A DNA stretch of 57,089 nt, taken from the NCBI GenBank assembly GCA_945861645.1, contig CAMAVZ010000010.1:1-57089 (forward strand). Direction: 5' to 3'. The translations under genes were made by a program, and so were the position numbers. This document shows positions 21,344 through 31,170 of this stretch, piece by piece; position 1 is the first letter of the stretch; every line of letters starts with the position of its first letter. The notes beneath the pieces were generated by a model. That model had not been told where the DNA came from, did not search any database, and was given only the letters and a program-made list of their open reading frames with translations. The DNA comes from Opitutus sp. GAS368 (GTDB lineage: Bacteria > Verrucomicrobiota > Verrucomicrobiia > Opitutales > Opitutaceae).

Positions 21344-22266
21344 ATCTCTGGAATCACCATCTCGGAAGCAATTGGCTCGCGGCGATAATTGGGGTGCCGT
21401 ACGCGCGGGGGGAGCTTGACGGTGGCATGCTCGACCTCGGTGTATTTAACCTGAGAAAGTAAATGATGGATGCAATTGAGCCGGCCCTTTTTTTTGTCGC
21501 CGCCTTGCACCACCCACCATGGCGCCGCTGGAATATGGGTGCATGCAAACATTTTCTCTTTGGCTTTCGTATAATCTTCCCAGTGCTTACGCGACTCGAG
21601 GTCCATGGGGCTCAGTTTCCATTGCTTTAAGGGATCATTAATCCGGCAACGAAACCTGAATTCCTGCTCTTCATCAGGAATGGAAAACCAATACTTGATC
21701 ACTTGAATGCCGGATCGAACCAGCATTTTTTCGAATTCAGGTACCGAACGAAAAAATTCCTCATACTCGGCGTCCGAGCAGAAGCCCATCACGCGCTCGA
21801 CGCCGGCGCGATTATACCAACTGCGATCAAATAAAACCATTTCGCCTGCCGCGGGGAGATGCGCAATGAAGCGCTGAAAATACCATTGGGTTTTTTCGCG
21901 ACTCGAGGGCGTCGGTAGCGCGGCGACGCGGGCGACGCGCGGGTTAAGACGTTGCGTGATGCGTTTAATCGCGCCGCCCTTGCCGGCGGCATCACGGCCT
22001 TCAAAAATAATGACCATGCGATGCCCGGTATCGACGATCCAATCATGCATTTTCACGAGCTCGCCTTGGAGTCGAAATAATTCCTTAAAGTAGCGATTTC
22101 TGCTTTCGCGGGAGGCGTCAGCCTCAGCGGGCTTAGCCGGTTTCTTAGGGTCGACCTTCTCCCAGTCTTCCCGCTCCATTTCGAGCTCCTCGTCATAATC
22201 ATCAATCAGCTCGCGATGGACGCGCTTCATCAACTGGTTTTCGTGGTCTTGCGGGGTGGGCTTCAT
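21337..22266 (-). CDS. ppk2: polyphosphate kinase 2
   Basis: FEGRDAAGKGG, QWYFQR, FDRSWYNRAGVERVMGFC, WKLSPMD. Confidence 0.95.
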   Translation of the reverse strand: MKPTPQDHENQLMKRVHRELIDDYDEELEMEREDWEKVDPKKPAKPAEADASRESRNRYFKELFRLQGELVKMHDWIVDTGHRMVIIFEGRDAAGKGGAIKRITQRLNPRVARVAALPTPSSREKTQWYFQRFIAHLPAAGEMVLFDRSWYNRAGVERVMGFCSDAEYEEFFRSVPEFEKMLVRSGIQVIKYWFSIPDEEQEFRFRCRINDPLKQWKLSPMDLESRKHWEDYTKAKEKMFACTHIPAAPWWVVQGGDKKKGRLNCIHHLLSQVKYTEVEHATVKLPPRVRHPNYRREPIASEMVIPEIY

Positions 22267-22481
22267 GCGACTTAAAAGGGAGGATTTAGATAAATAGCAC
22301 TGAATCGGACCGCGCAAGCCTGTCCAAGCATGGGCCTGCTAAGTCTAGTCTGATTTAACTTGGCTGTAACACACCCTACTTTCGCGGTCTAGCTGCTAAC
22401 TAATTGGTGGAAAACGACCTGTCTTGTTTGCTCCTCGGGTGGCTTAATACAAAGTCCGCTCGAGCTAGTCTAACCGACTGA

Positions 22482-24239
22482 TTAGGCTCCCGCAGCAGTA
22501 AGATCGGGCTCAAAGCTGACTGAAAGACGGTAAACTTGGCCGGGGCGCATGATGAGCGGGTGGTCGCGCATGAACATTTGAACGTAGTGCAACTTGCCGT
22601 AATTGGTTTTGTACGCTGGGTCAGCGCTGACAACTTCGGTCTCTGCCCAGTTAGCTTGGAAATCATCTTTCAAAACTGAACAGCGATGGCCGAGCGGCCC
22701 GAGTACGGGTGAGTTGCCTACGCGATAACGCGAGTGGGGTGCGCCGATGACCAAGGCCATGCGGAATTTGTCGAGTTGGACCTGATTTTTGACCGTGTAG
22801 GCAAATTCAGCCGTGATCTTGCTGCCGGTGAAAGTCCATTGCACTTTAACGCTGCCAAGGCCTTTCACGATCTCTTCGCTTTTATTGATTAACTCGGCTT
22901 GCTCGTAGCGGAAGTAGAAAGAATTTTTGAGGCCCAGACCGGTGACGCATTTTTGACCGTAGAAAGCGGGCAGGGTGACATTCTCGCCGAAGGTCAGCTC
23001 TGGAATCATGACCGGCAGATAGGCGTTGTTGGGCCAATCGAAGATGCCGGGACAATGAGGGAAGGTGAGGTTGTCAGCGGTGCAGTCGACCCCCGAACTG
23101 ACCAAGGGAATTTGGACGTGCAGGCCCGAGTCAGCGTCGCGATAAATAAATAAACCCTGTTCCTTGCGGTTGCTCTTATCAAAAATCACGAAGCGTCCGC
23201 TGGTGCGAATGGGGTCGATCTTAAAGGCGTCAGGCAGGTTAACGGTTTTGGCCAGCCGGGACCATTGGCAAAGGTAGCGCGCCGCATCAAAATTTGCCAT
23301 GCGGGTGGTGTGCGAGGTATAGGCCGTCCGTTCGTCATCGCGGATATCCAGAAACCCTTGTTCCTGGTCGAGGTAGGTCTGGAAGAAATAATAAAAGAGT
23401 CGGCGCAGAATATCAAAGTACTTGTTCTTTTGATCCTCGGGCACCCAGCCATCACGGAGACCTTGTAGAATGAGTGTGATGCAATGCATCTGGCCATAAG
23501 CGCCGGCGCTGCGGCCATAGGCCCAGCCGAGACCATCCGCGCGGACGAGATCAGGCATCATCTTAATATATTTTTCCGCGTAGGTACGCAGCGTGGGTAG
23601 CTTGCGTTCGCGCAGGGCCGAATTTGCGTGCAATTGCAGCGCCGAGCGCGTGAAGACGAGGGCCATAACGCCATAGAGGTTGAAATGACCGCCCATCCCC
23701 TTCTCCGCATCATCAAAAAAACCATTGGAGCTGGTTTGCTCGATCCGCTCGGCCATGCGCTCAATGAGGCGTGAGGTCTCGTCTTTTTTGGAGAGACCAA
23801 GGCTGTAGCGGCAGACGGCTTTCGCGATATTGAAGGCCTGCCAGTAATTGTCGTAGTCACTGCGGGTGAGCAGCAACTTGTCTAGTTTTTGGCGGGTCTC
23901 TTCGACGAGGCGCTCCCAGACAGGATTGCGTTCTTTAGAGGGGCCGAAGGAAAGCAGTCCGAGGGAGGCGTAGGCGACGCCATTTTCGCCGGCGGGTTCA
24001 GTGAAAGCTTGGGCCGTAATGCAGCGCGCAGCGAGGTCGATGAGGTCGTATCCTTTCAGGGTGGTTTCGCCCGTGGCGCGGTAATATTCGCCTAAGGCGA
24101 AGGCGACATGACCAGGTTCATCCGAACGGGGATTTTCGCCCGCGGTTGGGGTGATCGTGCCGTCAGCGTTAATGGAGTCGAGGTTATGGCTCAGCATTGA
24201 GCGGGCCATATCGAGACATTGCTCGGAGAAACTATTCAT
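22482..24239 (-). CDS. hypothetical protein (helical N-terminal part, beta-rich C-terminal part)
   Basis: 585-aa ORF with protein-like composition; family not recognised. Confidence 0.8.
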   Translation of the reverse strand: MNSFSEQCLDMARSMLSHNLDSINADGTITPTAGENPRSDEPGHVAFALGEYYRATGETTLKGYDLIDLAARCITAQAFTEPAGENGVAYASLGLLSFGPSKERNPVWERLVEETRQKLDKLLLTRSDYDNYWQAFNIAKAVCRYSLGLSKKDETSRLIERMAERIEQTSSNGFFDDAEKGMGGHFNLYGVMALVFTRSALQLHANSALRERKLPTLRTYAEKYIKMMPDLVRADGLGWAYGRSAGAYGQMHCITLILQGLRDGWVPEDQKNKYFDILRRLFYYFFQTYLDQEQGFLDIRDDERTAYTSHTTRMANFDAARYLCQWSRLAKTVNLPDAFKIDPIRTSGRFVIFDKSNRKEQGLFIYRDADSGLHVQIPLVSSGVDCTADNLTFPHCPGIFDWPNNAYLPVMIPELTFGENVTLPAFYGQKCVTGLGLKNSFYFRYEQAELINKSEEIVKGLGSVKVQWTFTGSKITAEFAYTVKNQVQLDKFRMALVIGAPHSRYRVGNSPVLGPLGHRCSVLKDDFQANWAETEVVSADPAYKTNYGKLHYVQMFMRDHPLIMRPGQVYRLSVSFEPDLTAAGA

Positions 24240-24312
24240 TCAGCGGAATCGGGTAAAAGGGTGGAGCAGAAGGTGGATTTGTCCCAATCGATGAAATTGG
24301 CGCCAAGGTGAA

Positions 24313-25488
24313 TTATCGGGCGATTAATTTAATGAACTCGGCGTTCGTTTTAGTCTTGGCCAAACGGGTAACCATGGTGTCGGTGGCCTCTTCGATTTTT
24401 TGCTGCACGAGGGCGCGGCGAAAAAAGTGAATGCCTTCCAGGGTTTTCTCGGCCAGTAAGAGTTCTTCTTTGCGCGTACCGGAAGAAGCGACATTGACGG
24501 CCGGCCAGATGCGCATTTCGGCCGCTTTGCGATCGAGGACTAACTCCATGTTGCCGGTGCCCTTGAATTCTTGGAAGATCACATCATCCATCCGGGAGCC
24601 CGTTTCGACGAGAATTGAAGCGATGATGGTTAAGGAGCCGCCTTCTTCCGTATTACGGGCCGAGGCAAAAAGTTGGCGCGGACGTTCGAGTGCGCGCACA
24701 TCCAAACCACCGGTGCCGGTGCGACCGGAGTTTTTAGCGGTGTTATGGGCGCGAGCCAGCCGGGTCAGCGAGTCAATCAAGAGGACGACATCTTTGCCGG
24801 CTTCCAGCAGGCGCTTAGCCCGCTCAACGCAGAGATCGGAAACGCGCAAGTGATTTTCCACCGGATCATCATTTGATGATGCCCACACTTCGGCGGGTAC
24901 GCTCCGTTTGAAGTCCGTGACTTCCTCGGGTCGCTCGTCGACGAGCAGAATCATCACGTGACATTCCGGGTGGTTTTCAATGACGCCCAGGGCGATGTCG
25001 CGCAGGAAAGTGGTTTTTCCTGTGCGCGGCGGGGCGACGATCAGGCCGCGGGTGCCTTTGCCGATGGGGCAAAGAAGATCTATGACACGGTTAGTCATGC
25101 GCCCATCTTTCATCTCGAGCTTAATTTGCTCGTTGGGGGTAATGGTCGTGAGGCTGGCGAAGTCTAGGGCGCGGCGGCGGGCTTCGAGATCAAGGCCATC
25201 GATTTTCTCGATAAAGCGGATCTTGGGATTGGGGAAGCGCTCATCAGGAGTCGCGGAAGCGGTGATGAGACTACCTTGCTGCAGATGGAAGCGGCGCACA
25301 AGTTCGCGCGGGACAAAAGGGTCCGTGGGACGCCGTTTGCCGTGCTTGTTCAAATCGAGCAACTGGCCATTACGGCTGTTATCGATGTCAAGCACGCCTT
25401 CGACCTGAATCGTATTATCCGGCTGGGCCGGCGGGGTGGTGGGAGCTAAGGCTGCCTCAGGGGCAACTGGCAGATTTTCATTATCCAT
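24313..25488 (-). CDS. rho: second, short transcription termination factor Rho
   Basis: [60 protein letters not shown]. Confidence 0.93.
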   Translation of the reverse strand: MDNENLPVAPEAALAPTTPPAQPDNTIQVEGVLDIDNSRNGQLLDLNKHGKRRPTDPFVPRELVRRFHLQQGSLITASATPDERFPNPKIRFIEKIDGLDLEARRRALDFASLTTITPNEQIKLEMKDGRMTNRVIDLLCPIGKGTRGLIVAPPRTGKTTFLRDIALGVIENHPECHVMILLVDERPEEVTDFKRSVPAEVWASSNDDPVENHLRVSDLCVERAKRLLEAGKDVVLLIDSLTRLARAHNTAKNSGRTGTGGLDVRALERPRQLFASARNTEEGGSLTIIASILVETGSRMDDVIFQEFKGTGNMELVLDRKAAEMRIWPAVNVASSGTRKEELLLAEKTLEGIHFFRRALVQQKIEEATDTMVTRLAKTKTNAEFIKLIAR

Positions 25489-25584
25489 ACAAAAACGAGT
25501 TGGTGGAGCTGCCTAGGCTTGACCGTTTAATTCGTCAGTGGCATTTCCAAAATGCTCAGTTTAAACCCCCAATAGGAAAAACTT

Positions 25585-27546
25585 GTGACGGACCAAACGA
25601 TAACCTCAGTGTCTCGGGAGAGTAGAGTTTTCAAACCCTCGGCCGATTTCACGAGCCAAGCTAATCTTGGCAGCTACGCCTCGTACCGTAAGCTTTACGC
25701 CGAGTCTGTCAACGCTCCAGACAAGTTTTGGTCAAAACAGGCCAAGGAACATCTTACCTGGCGCAAACCTTTCAAACGAGTTTCGGAGTGGAACCCCCCA
25801 CATGCTAAGTGGTTTCTCGGGGGGAAGTTAAATGTTTCTGAAAATTGCGTCGATCGTCACCTCGGCACCGCGCGCGAAAATAAAGCAGCCTTAATTTTCG
25901 AAGGTGAGCCGGGCGATGTCCGTACCATCACCTATCGCCAATTATATTTTCACGTCTGCCGCATGGCGCATATTTTGGAGAATATGGGGATCAAGCCGGG
26001 CGATCGCATTGCCATCTACTTGCCCATGATTCCGGAGGCGGTAATCGCGATGCTGGCTTGTGCGCGCATTGGAGCTGTCCATACCGTTATTTTTGGTGGC
26101 TTCAGTGCCGAGGCTATTAAGGACCGCATCAACAACTGTCAGGCGAAGCTTGTCATTACGGCTGATGGTGGTTGGCGGCGGGGCAAGGTAATCGAGTTGA
26201 AGGCCAGCGTCGACCGAGCGCTGGAAGGCGCTCCGACCGTCCACACGGTGCTGGTGGTCAAACGTTGCGGCAATCCCGTCACTATGCGGGAGGGACGCGA
26301 TGTGTGGTGGCGCGAAGCTTGGGAGGGCGCCCCGAATTCGCATCGGGCTAAAGCTTTTGATTCTGAACATCCGCTTTTTATTCTCTACACGTCTGGTTCC
26401 ACCGGAAAACCCAAGGGCGTGCTCCACACTTCAGCCGGCTACCTCCTGGGAGCTAAGCTGAGTTCACATTACGTTTTCGATTTGAAGGAAAATGATCGTT
26501 TCTTTTGTTCCGCCGACATCGGCTGGATTACCGGTCATAGTTACGTCGTTTATGGATTACTTTCCAATGGTGCGACCGTGTTTCTCTATGAAGGGGCACC
26601 GAACCAGCCTGAGCCTGACCGTTTTTGGCAAATGATTGATCGTCACGGTCTGACGATTCTCTACACCGCGCCAACGGCGATTCGCGCTTTCATGCGCTGG
26701 GGCGACAATTACGTGTTGCGGCACCGGCTCGATTCGCTGCGACTGCTCGGTTCCGTCGGTGAGCCCATTAATCCGGAAGCTTGGATGTGGTACCAGAAAA
26801 TGATCGGCAAGAAACGTTGCCCGATCGTTGACACTTGGTGGCAGACGGAAACTGGTTCGATCATGATCACGCCGTTGCCAGGGGCTATCCCGACTAAACC
26901 CGGCTCCGCCACCTTGCCGTTTTTCGGGGTCGTCCCTAAAATTGTAGATGAAAATGGCGATGAGGTGCCGCGGAATAGCGGCGGCAAATTGGCGATCATG
27001 AAACCTTGGCCCGCGATGCTGCGTACCTTGTGGGGCGATGATGCCCGTTTTAAGCAGGCTTACTTTAGTGAATTTCCTGGTAAGCCCGGAGTCTATTTCA
27101 CCGGCGACGGCGCGCGGCAGGATAAAGATGGTTATTTTTGGATCGTGGGTCGCATCGACGATGTGCTCAACGTTTCTGGTCACCGCATCGGCACAGCTGA
27201 AATCGAGAGCGCTTTGGTTTCGCATCCTGCCGTGGCTGAAGCGGCGGCGGTGGGGCGCCCAGATGAACTTAAAGGTCATTCCCTCGTGGTCTTCGTGACG
27301 CTCAAGTCGACGCACACCGCCAGTGATCAGCTGAAAGAAGATCTCCGTGCGCACGTAGGCAAAGAGATTGGCTCACTCGCCAAACCGGATCAGGTCCGCT
27401 TCGCTGCTGGTTTACCCAAGACGCGTTCGGGAAAAATCATGCGCCGCTTGCTCAAGGAACTCGCCACTACGGGTGAAATCAAGGGTGACACGACGACGTT
27501 GGAAGATTTCGCCGTCATCTCGGCCCTCAAATCTGATGAGGAATAA
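25585..27546 (+). CDS. acs: acetyl-CoA synthetase
   Basis: [44 protein letters not shown]. Confidence 0.96.
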   Translation: MTDQTITSVSRESRVFKPSADFTSQANLGSYASYRKLYAESVNAPDKFWSKQAKEHLTWRKPFKRVSEWNPPHAKWFLGGKLNVSENCVDRHLGTARENKAALIFEGEPGDVRTITYRQLYFHVCRMAHILENMGIKPGDRIAIYLPMIPEAVIAMLACARIGAVHTVIFGGFSAEAIKDRINNCQAKLVITADGGWRRGKVIELKASVDRALEGAPTVHTVLVVKRCGNPVTMREGRDVWWREAWEGAPNSHRAKAFDSEHPLFILYTSGSTGKPKGVLHTSAGYLLGAKLSSHYVFDLKENDRFFCSADIGWITGHSYVVYGLLSNGATVFLYEGAPNQPEPDRFWQMIDRHGLTILYTAPTAIRAFMRWGDNYVLRHRLDSLRLLGSVGEPINPEAWMWYQKMIGKKRCPIVDTWWQTETGSIMITPLPGAIPTKPGSATLPFFGVVPKIVDENGDEVPRNSGGKLAIMKPWPAMLRTLWGDDARFKQAYFSEFPGKPGVYFTGDGARQDKDGYFWIVGRIDDVLNVSGHRIGTAEIESALVSHPAVAEAAAVGRPDELKGHSLVVFVTLKSTHTASDQLKEDLRAHVGKEIGSLAKPDQVRFAAGLPKTRSGKIMRRLLKELATTGEIKGDTTTLEDFAVISALKSDEE

Positions 27547-27559
27547 ATCCGCCGGCTAA

Positions 27560-28111
27560 ATGTTCTTGGCTCCCTCAGGGGCCAATTACCAACGAGCAGC
27601 CTTCACGCTGCTCGAATTGCTGGCTGTCGTTGCCCTGCTGGCCCTGCTGAGCGGTCTCCTGCTGGGAGCCGCTCGTCGGATCGGCGAAGTGGGGCGCATC
27701 GCGCGGGCTAAAGCTGAACTAGCCGTGCTCGCTGCGGCGTTGGAGCATTATCAACGCCTTTATGGCGATTATCCCCAAACAGATGATCCGGCGCAGCTTT
27801 TACAGTCGCTCCTCGGCCGGCTTGGTCCGCGCAATAATGTCAGCTCGACTCGGAGTTGGTTAAACCTCGCTCGTTATCGAACGGCGCGGTCGCGCGATCC
27901 ACTAGTCGATCCGTCGGCCACACTGATCGATCCGTGGGACCAACCGTATCGGTATATCTATAAAGTCCCCGCCGCGAGTTGGGGCAATGTCAGCTACGTC
28001 CTCTATTCGCTGGGGCCGGATGGGCAGGATATTCGAGCGCTTTTAGCCGGTGGCTTCGTCGATTCGAAATTGCCGGAAAATTTAGACAATCTCTCCGCCA
28101 ATCGCCCATGA
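27560..28111 (+). CDS. GspG-like prepilin/pseudopilin
   Basis: AA|FTLLELL N-methylation motif; DPW..PYRY and YVLYSLGPDG. Confidence 0.85.
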   Translation: MFLAPSGANYQRAAFTLLELLAVVALLALLSGLLLGAARRIGEVGRIARAKAELAVLAAALEHYQRLYGDYPQTDDPAQLLQSLLGRLGPRNNVSSTRSWLNLARYRTARSRDPLVDPSATLIDPWDQPYRYIYKVPAASWGNVSYVLYSLGPDGQDIRALLAGGFVDSKLPENLDNLSANRP

Positions 28112-28809
28112 AGATAAATTTATTCTTCACCGTGGTGCGGCGCGCACGGAGTTCTTCTCGGCCATCGTTCGGGTCAGCCTTCACCTTGCTTGAGCTGCTC
28201 GCGGTCATTGCCGTGATTGGGATTTTGGCTAGTTTTATTTTTCCCAGTTTGCATGCCGCCCGAATCGCCACGCACCAGGCTAAGACGCGCCTGCTGTTTA
28301 GTCAGTGGGCGGTGGGGCTTGAGGGATTTTATCAAGAGTATGGTTACTATCCTGTGCTTGATGAGAGCAACCTGGTGAACCCAGTGGGGCAAAATTCTGA
28401 TCCAAGTACGCCGCATCTCTTTCATGATTTGCTGGCTGGGCGCCGTAGGGATGGCTCTGCGTTACCGGCTTATAGCAGCAGTACCAATGCCTGGTTGCCG
28501 GAGGCGCAAAATCGTAAGCTCATGGCTTTTTACTCCTTTGCCTCGGCTGATTTTACCAGCGCTAGTTCAGCGATTCCGAATTTATTATGTGACGGTTTTG
28601 AGCACACGGCCATCGCGGTGCTCGTGGATCGAAATTTGGATGGGGTAATTCAGCTGGGCCGCGATTTTCTGGTGCTGCCGGCGGTAAATGGGCTCACACC
28701 GGGGTTAGTGGATTTCCCCAGCGCGGGAGTGCGCGCGCGGGTAATTTTTTATGCGCCCGCGGCCGACGCCACGACGGCTAACCCCAAATTTATTTTTAGT
28801 TGGAAATGA
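28108..28809 (+). CDS. prepilin-type N-terminal cleavage protein (second major-pseudopilin-like)
   Basis: SA|FTLLELLAVIAVIGILA; ATGA overlap with previous gene. Confidence 0.82.
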   Translation: MKINLFFTVVRRARSSSRPSFGSAFTLLELLAVIAVIGILASFIFPSLHAARIATHQAKTRLLFSQWAVGLEGFYQEYGYYPVLDESNLVNPVGQNSDPSTPHLFHDLLAGRRRDGSALPAYSSSTNAWLPEAQNRKLMAFYSFASADFTSASSAIPNLLCDGFEHTAIAVLVDRNLDGVIQLGRDFLVLPAVNGLTPGLVDFPSAGVRARVIFYAPAADATTANPKFIFSWK

Positions 28810-29576
28810 AATATTCGCCTCCTCGCTCCTCCGTTGCAGCCAATCAGCGAATCTCGTTCAAGGGAAAGCGTAACGCTGTCCTGAGCCGCTTGGGCAATAG
28901 GCGCGTCCGTGCTTTTACCCTTTTTGAATTGTTAGTCGTGATCGGCCTCATCGCCGTGCTCTCATTTATACTCAGCCCAAAGTTTGGTGCCGGCCGCCAG
29001 TCCGCTGCGCTGCAAACGGCCCAAGCTATGCTGTTCAACTTACTTTCAGCGGCTCGGACTAAGGCCCAAGCGACTGGGCAATCATCGCGGGTCCTGCTCC
29101 AAGTTGATCCGGTGAACTACGGCCAGCCTCTCCGCTATTTGCGCTACCTCGCGGTGCAGACGCAAAATCCGAGCGGGTGGACTGTTTTTACCGAGGCTTT
29201 TTTGCCTGAAGGTATCTATATCGTGCCGGGAAATTTCAATGCTCTCCCCACCGGAATTTTTTCCGTGGAGCTAACCGCGGCATGGGTGAAATCAGATGGT
29301 GCTCCGCTGCGGTCAACGGCGCTGCGCTCCAGCCAAGTAATTTATGAGACGATTAATGGCCCGGTGGTGGAGCAGTGGGTGAGTATCATTATTTCAGCGA
29401 CCGCTGGTACCGCGCAATCAGGTGATCTCATCGTCGCTCCTGGTCAGAGTCGAAATCCGGGCGCGTATGCGATGGGCGAATCGCCGATCGTCTTAGTGGA
29501 TCCAGCAAGTGTGCGCGGCCTTTCCCTCAGTGCCTATTCCGTCCCGACCTTGATTGATAATCGGAGCAGTTTCTAA
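28806..29576 (+). CDS. GspH-like minor pseudopilin
   Basis: RA|FTLFELLVVI, LSAARTKA helix; ATGA overlap. Confidence 0.78.
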   Translation: MKYSPPRSSVAANQRISFKGKRNAVLSRLGNRRVRAFTLFELLVVIGLIAVLSFILSPKFGAGRQSAALQTAQAMLFNLLSAARTKAQATGQSSRVLLQVDPVNYGQPLRYLRYLAVQTQNPSGWTVFTEAFLPEGIYIVPGNFNALPTGIFSVELTAAWVKSDGAPLRSTALRSSQVIYETINGPVVEQWVSIIISATAGTAQSGDLIVAPGQSRNPGAYAMGESPIVLVDPASVRGLSLSAYSVPTLIDNRSSF

Positions 29577-30106
29577 TGAAATTATTTCGCCAAGGCGATC
29601 GGGGCTTTTCTCTGTTCGAGGTTATGATCGCCGTCGGCATATTCGGGGCGGCCATCACGATCATGCTCAGCCTGCTCCCTGCGCTGGTGGCCTCAGCGGC
29701 GAAAACAAGTGATACGGTAGTCGCCGTACGCTTGCCGGACGCGGTGGGGCTTGAGTTGCAGCGGGTGGCGCTTTCAGGCGGCTTTGAAGCACTGGTGAGC
29801 CAGATCTCGCGTTTGGCTGAGCCCTTACCGTCCACGCTCACGCTGGCGGCTGATCGAGCACTGGAGCGTGTCCAAACCTTCAACTATTTACCGTCAATTG
29901 CTTCGGAGCAAATTCCGGCTGCCTCCCGTTATTTTTTGATCGAGGTGTGGCGCTTCACGTTACCGCCCTTAGAATATAATGCGCGTGGTGCTGGGCTCGC
30001 CGTTCAGGTACGGGTCTCGTGGCCATTTTTTATTCCGGGTGCCGATACGGCCACTCCTCTCAGCGAACGTGAGCAGTTCGTCTTTAACTTGGCTTTAAAT
30101 CGATGA
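29576..30106 (+). CDS. GspI/PilV-like minor pseudopilin
   Basis: RG|FSLFEVMIAVGI; VRVSWP; TAATG overlap. Confidence 0.78.
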   Translation: MKLFRQGDRGFSLFEVMIAVGIFGAAITIMLSLLPALVASAAKTSDTVVAVRLPDAVGLELQRVALSGGFEALVSQISRLAEPLPSTLTLAADRALERVQTFNYLPSIASEQIPAASRYFLIEVWRFTLPPLEYNARGAGLAVQVRVSWPFFIPGADTATPLSEREQFVFNLALNR

Positions 30107-31170
30107 AGCCGCTGCCCCAAGGCCCCCTGAGATCCTCGTTGCGTGATGTGAGAGCTGGGGCAGCTTACGCTCCGTACCGTCACGCCGCTTTCACCCTGAT
30201 TGAACTGCTAGTTGCCATGTTCATCGCGCTGATTTTAGCGGGTCTGTTGCTTTCGATTGTGCGGGTGACATTGACGCTTTGGCAACGCACGCAGGATAAT
30301 TTATCGGCTGCGGTCCAAGCTAAATTGGCACTCGATTTGCTTGAGCGTGATTTGCAATCCGCTCTCTTTCGCCCCGACGGTAAAATTTGGCTAGCGGTAG
30401 AAATTAATCATAGCCCCAGTTATTTAACGATGCATGGCTGGCTCGCCCTAACCGGACTCACCAAACCGAACTCGCCGGAAAGCCAAAGATTGGTGGGGCT
30501 CGCGAGCGAGCAAACGACTCCGCTGATCAGCAATGCCCGGTTCGGTTTGTCCGGTGCGTGGCTGCGCTTAATGACGACCAACGATGAAGCGGGTGGTGGT
30601 TTGCCCGTCGCGGTGGCTTATCAAATCGCGCGGCGCCCAGTCAGTGGCCCCGTGAGCTCGGGCAACCCTGCGGCCGTGCGTTACACTTTGTTCCGGGCGG
30701 CAGTCAGTGCGGCGAATAGTTTTGCGGTGGGCGCAGATGTGACCGCGCCGGGTTATGGCAATGCCGCCGTTGCCCCCGCGGCCTCGCGCAATAGCGCGAC
30801 TCTCACCAATCCCAATAGCACGGACGCCTTAGCCCCCAACGTTGTTGATTTCGGTCTTTGGCTGTATGTTCGTGATCTCACCGCGGGTGGTCTGCGGCGA
30901 ATATTTCCTGTGGCTGGCAATGATCTTACGCACACGGCGGTGGGGAGCGAAGGCGTGGCTGAGGCCCATCGTTTTCCCGTGGCGGTCGATGTGATGATCC
31001 GCATTTTAACTGAATCAGGTGCGGCCTTGGTCGCGGAAATTGAATCGGGGGCCGCGCGCGTGAGTCGCCCGCCTAATTATAGTTCTGATGCGGAGTGGTG
31101 GTGGGCGATCGTCGAAACTCATTCCCAGGTCTATACACGGCGGATCGAGCTAAAGGCGGTGGGGTGGTGA
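30103..31170 (+). CDS. GspJ/PilW-like minor pseudopilin
   Basis: AA|FTLIELLVAM, LDLLERDLQSA, LAPNVVDF. Confidence 0.78.
   Translation: MKPLPQGPLRSSLRDVRAGAAYAPYRHAAFTLIELLVAMFIALILAGLLLSIVRVTLTLWQRTQDNLSAAVQAKLALDLLERDLQSALFRPDGKIWLAVEINHSPSYLTMHGWLALTGLTKPNSPESQRLVGLASEQTTPLISNARFGLSGAWLRLMTTNDEAGGGLPVAVAYQIARRPVSGPVSSGNPAAVRYTLFRAAVSAANSFAVGADVTAPGYGNAAVAPAASRNSATLTNPNSTDALAPNVVDFGLWLYVRDLTAGGLRRIFPVAGNDLTHTAVGSEGVAEAHRFPVAVDVMIRILTESGAALVAEIESGAARVSRPPNYSSDAEWWWAIVETHSQVYTRRIELKAVGW

Noticed and set aside
26557-27354. 265-aa minus-strand ORF
   Set aside because: Antisense to the well-supported acs gene
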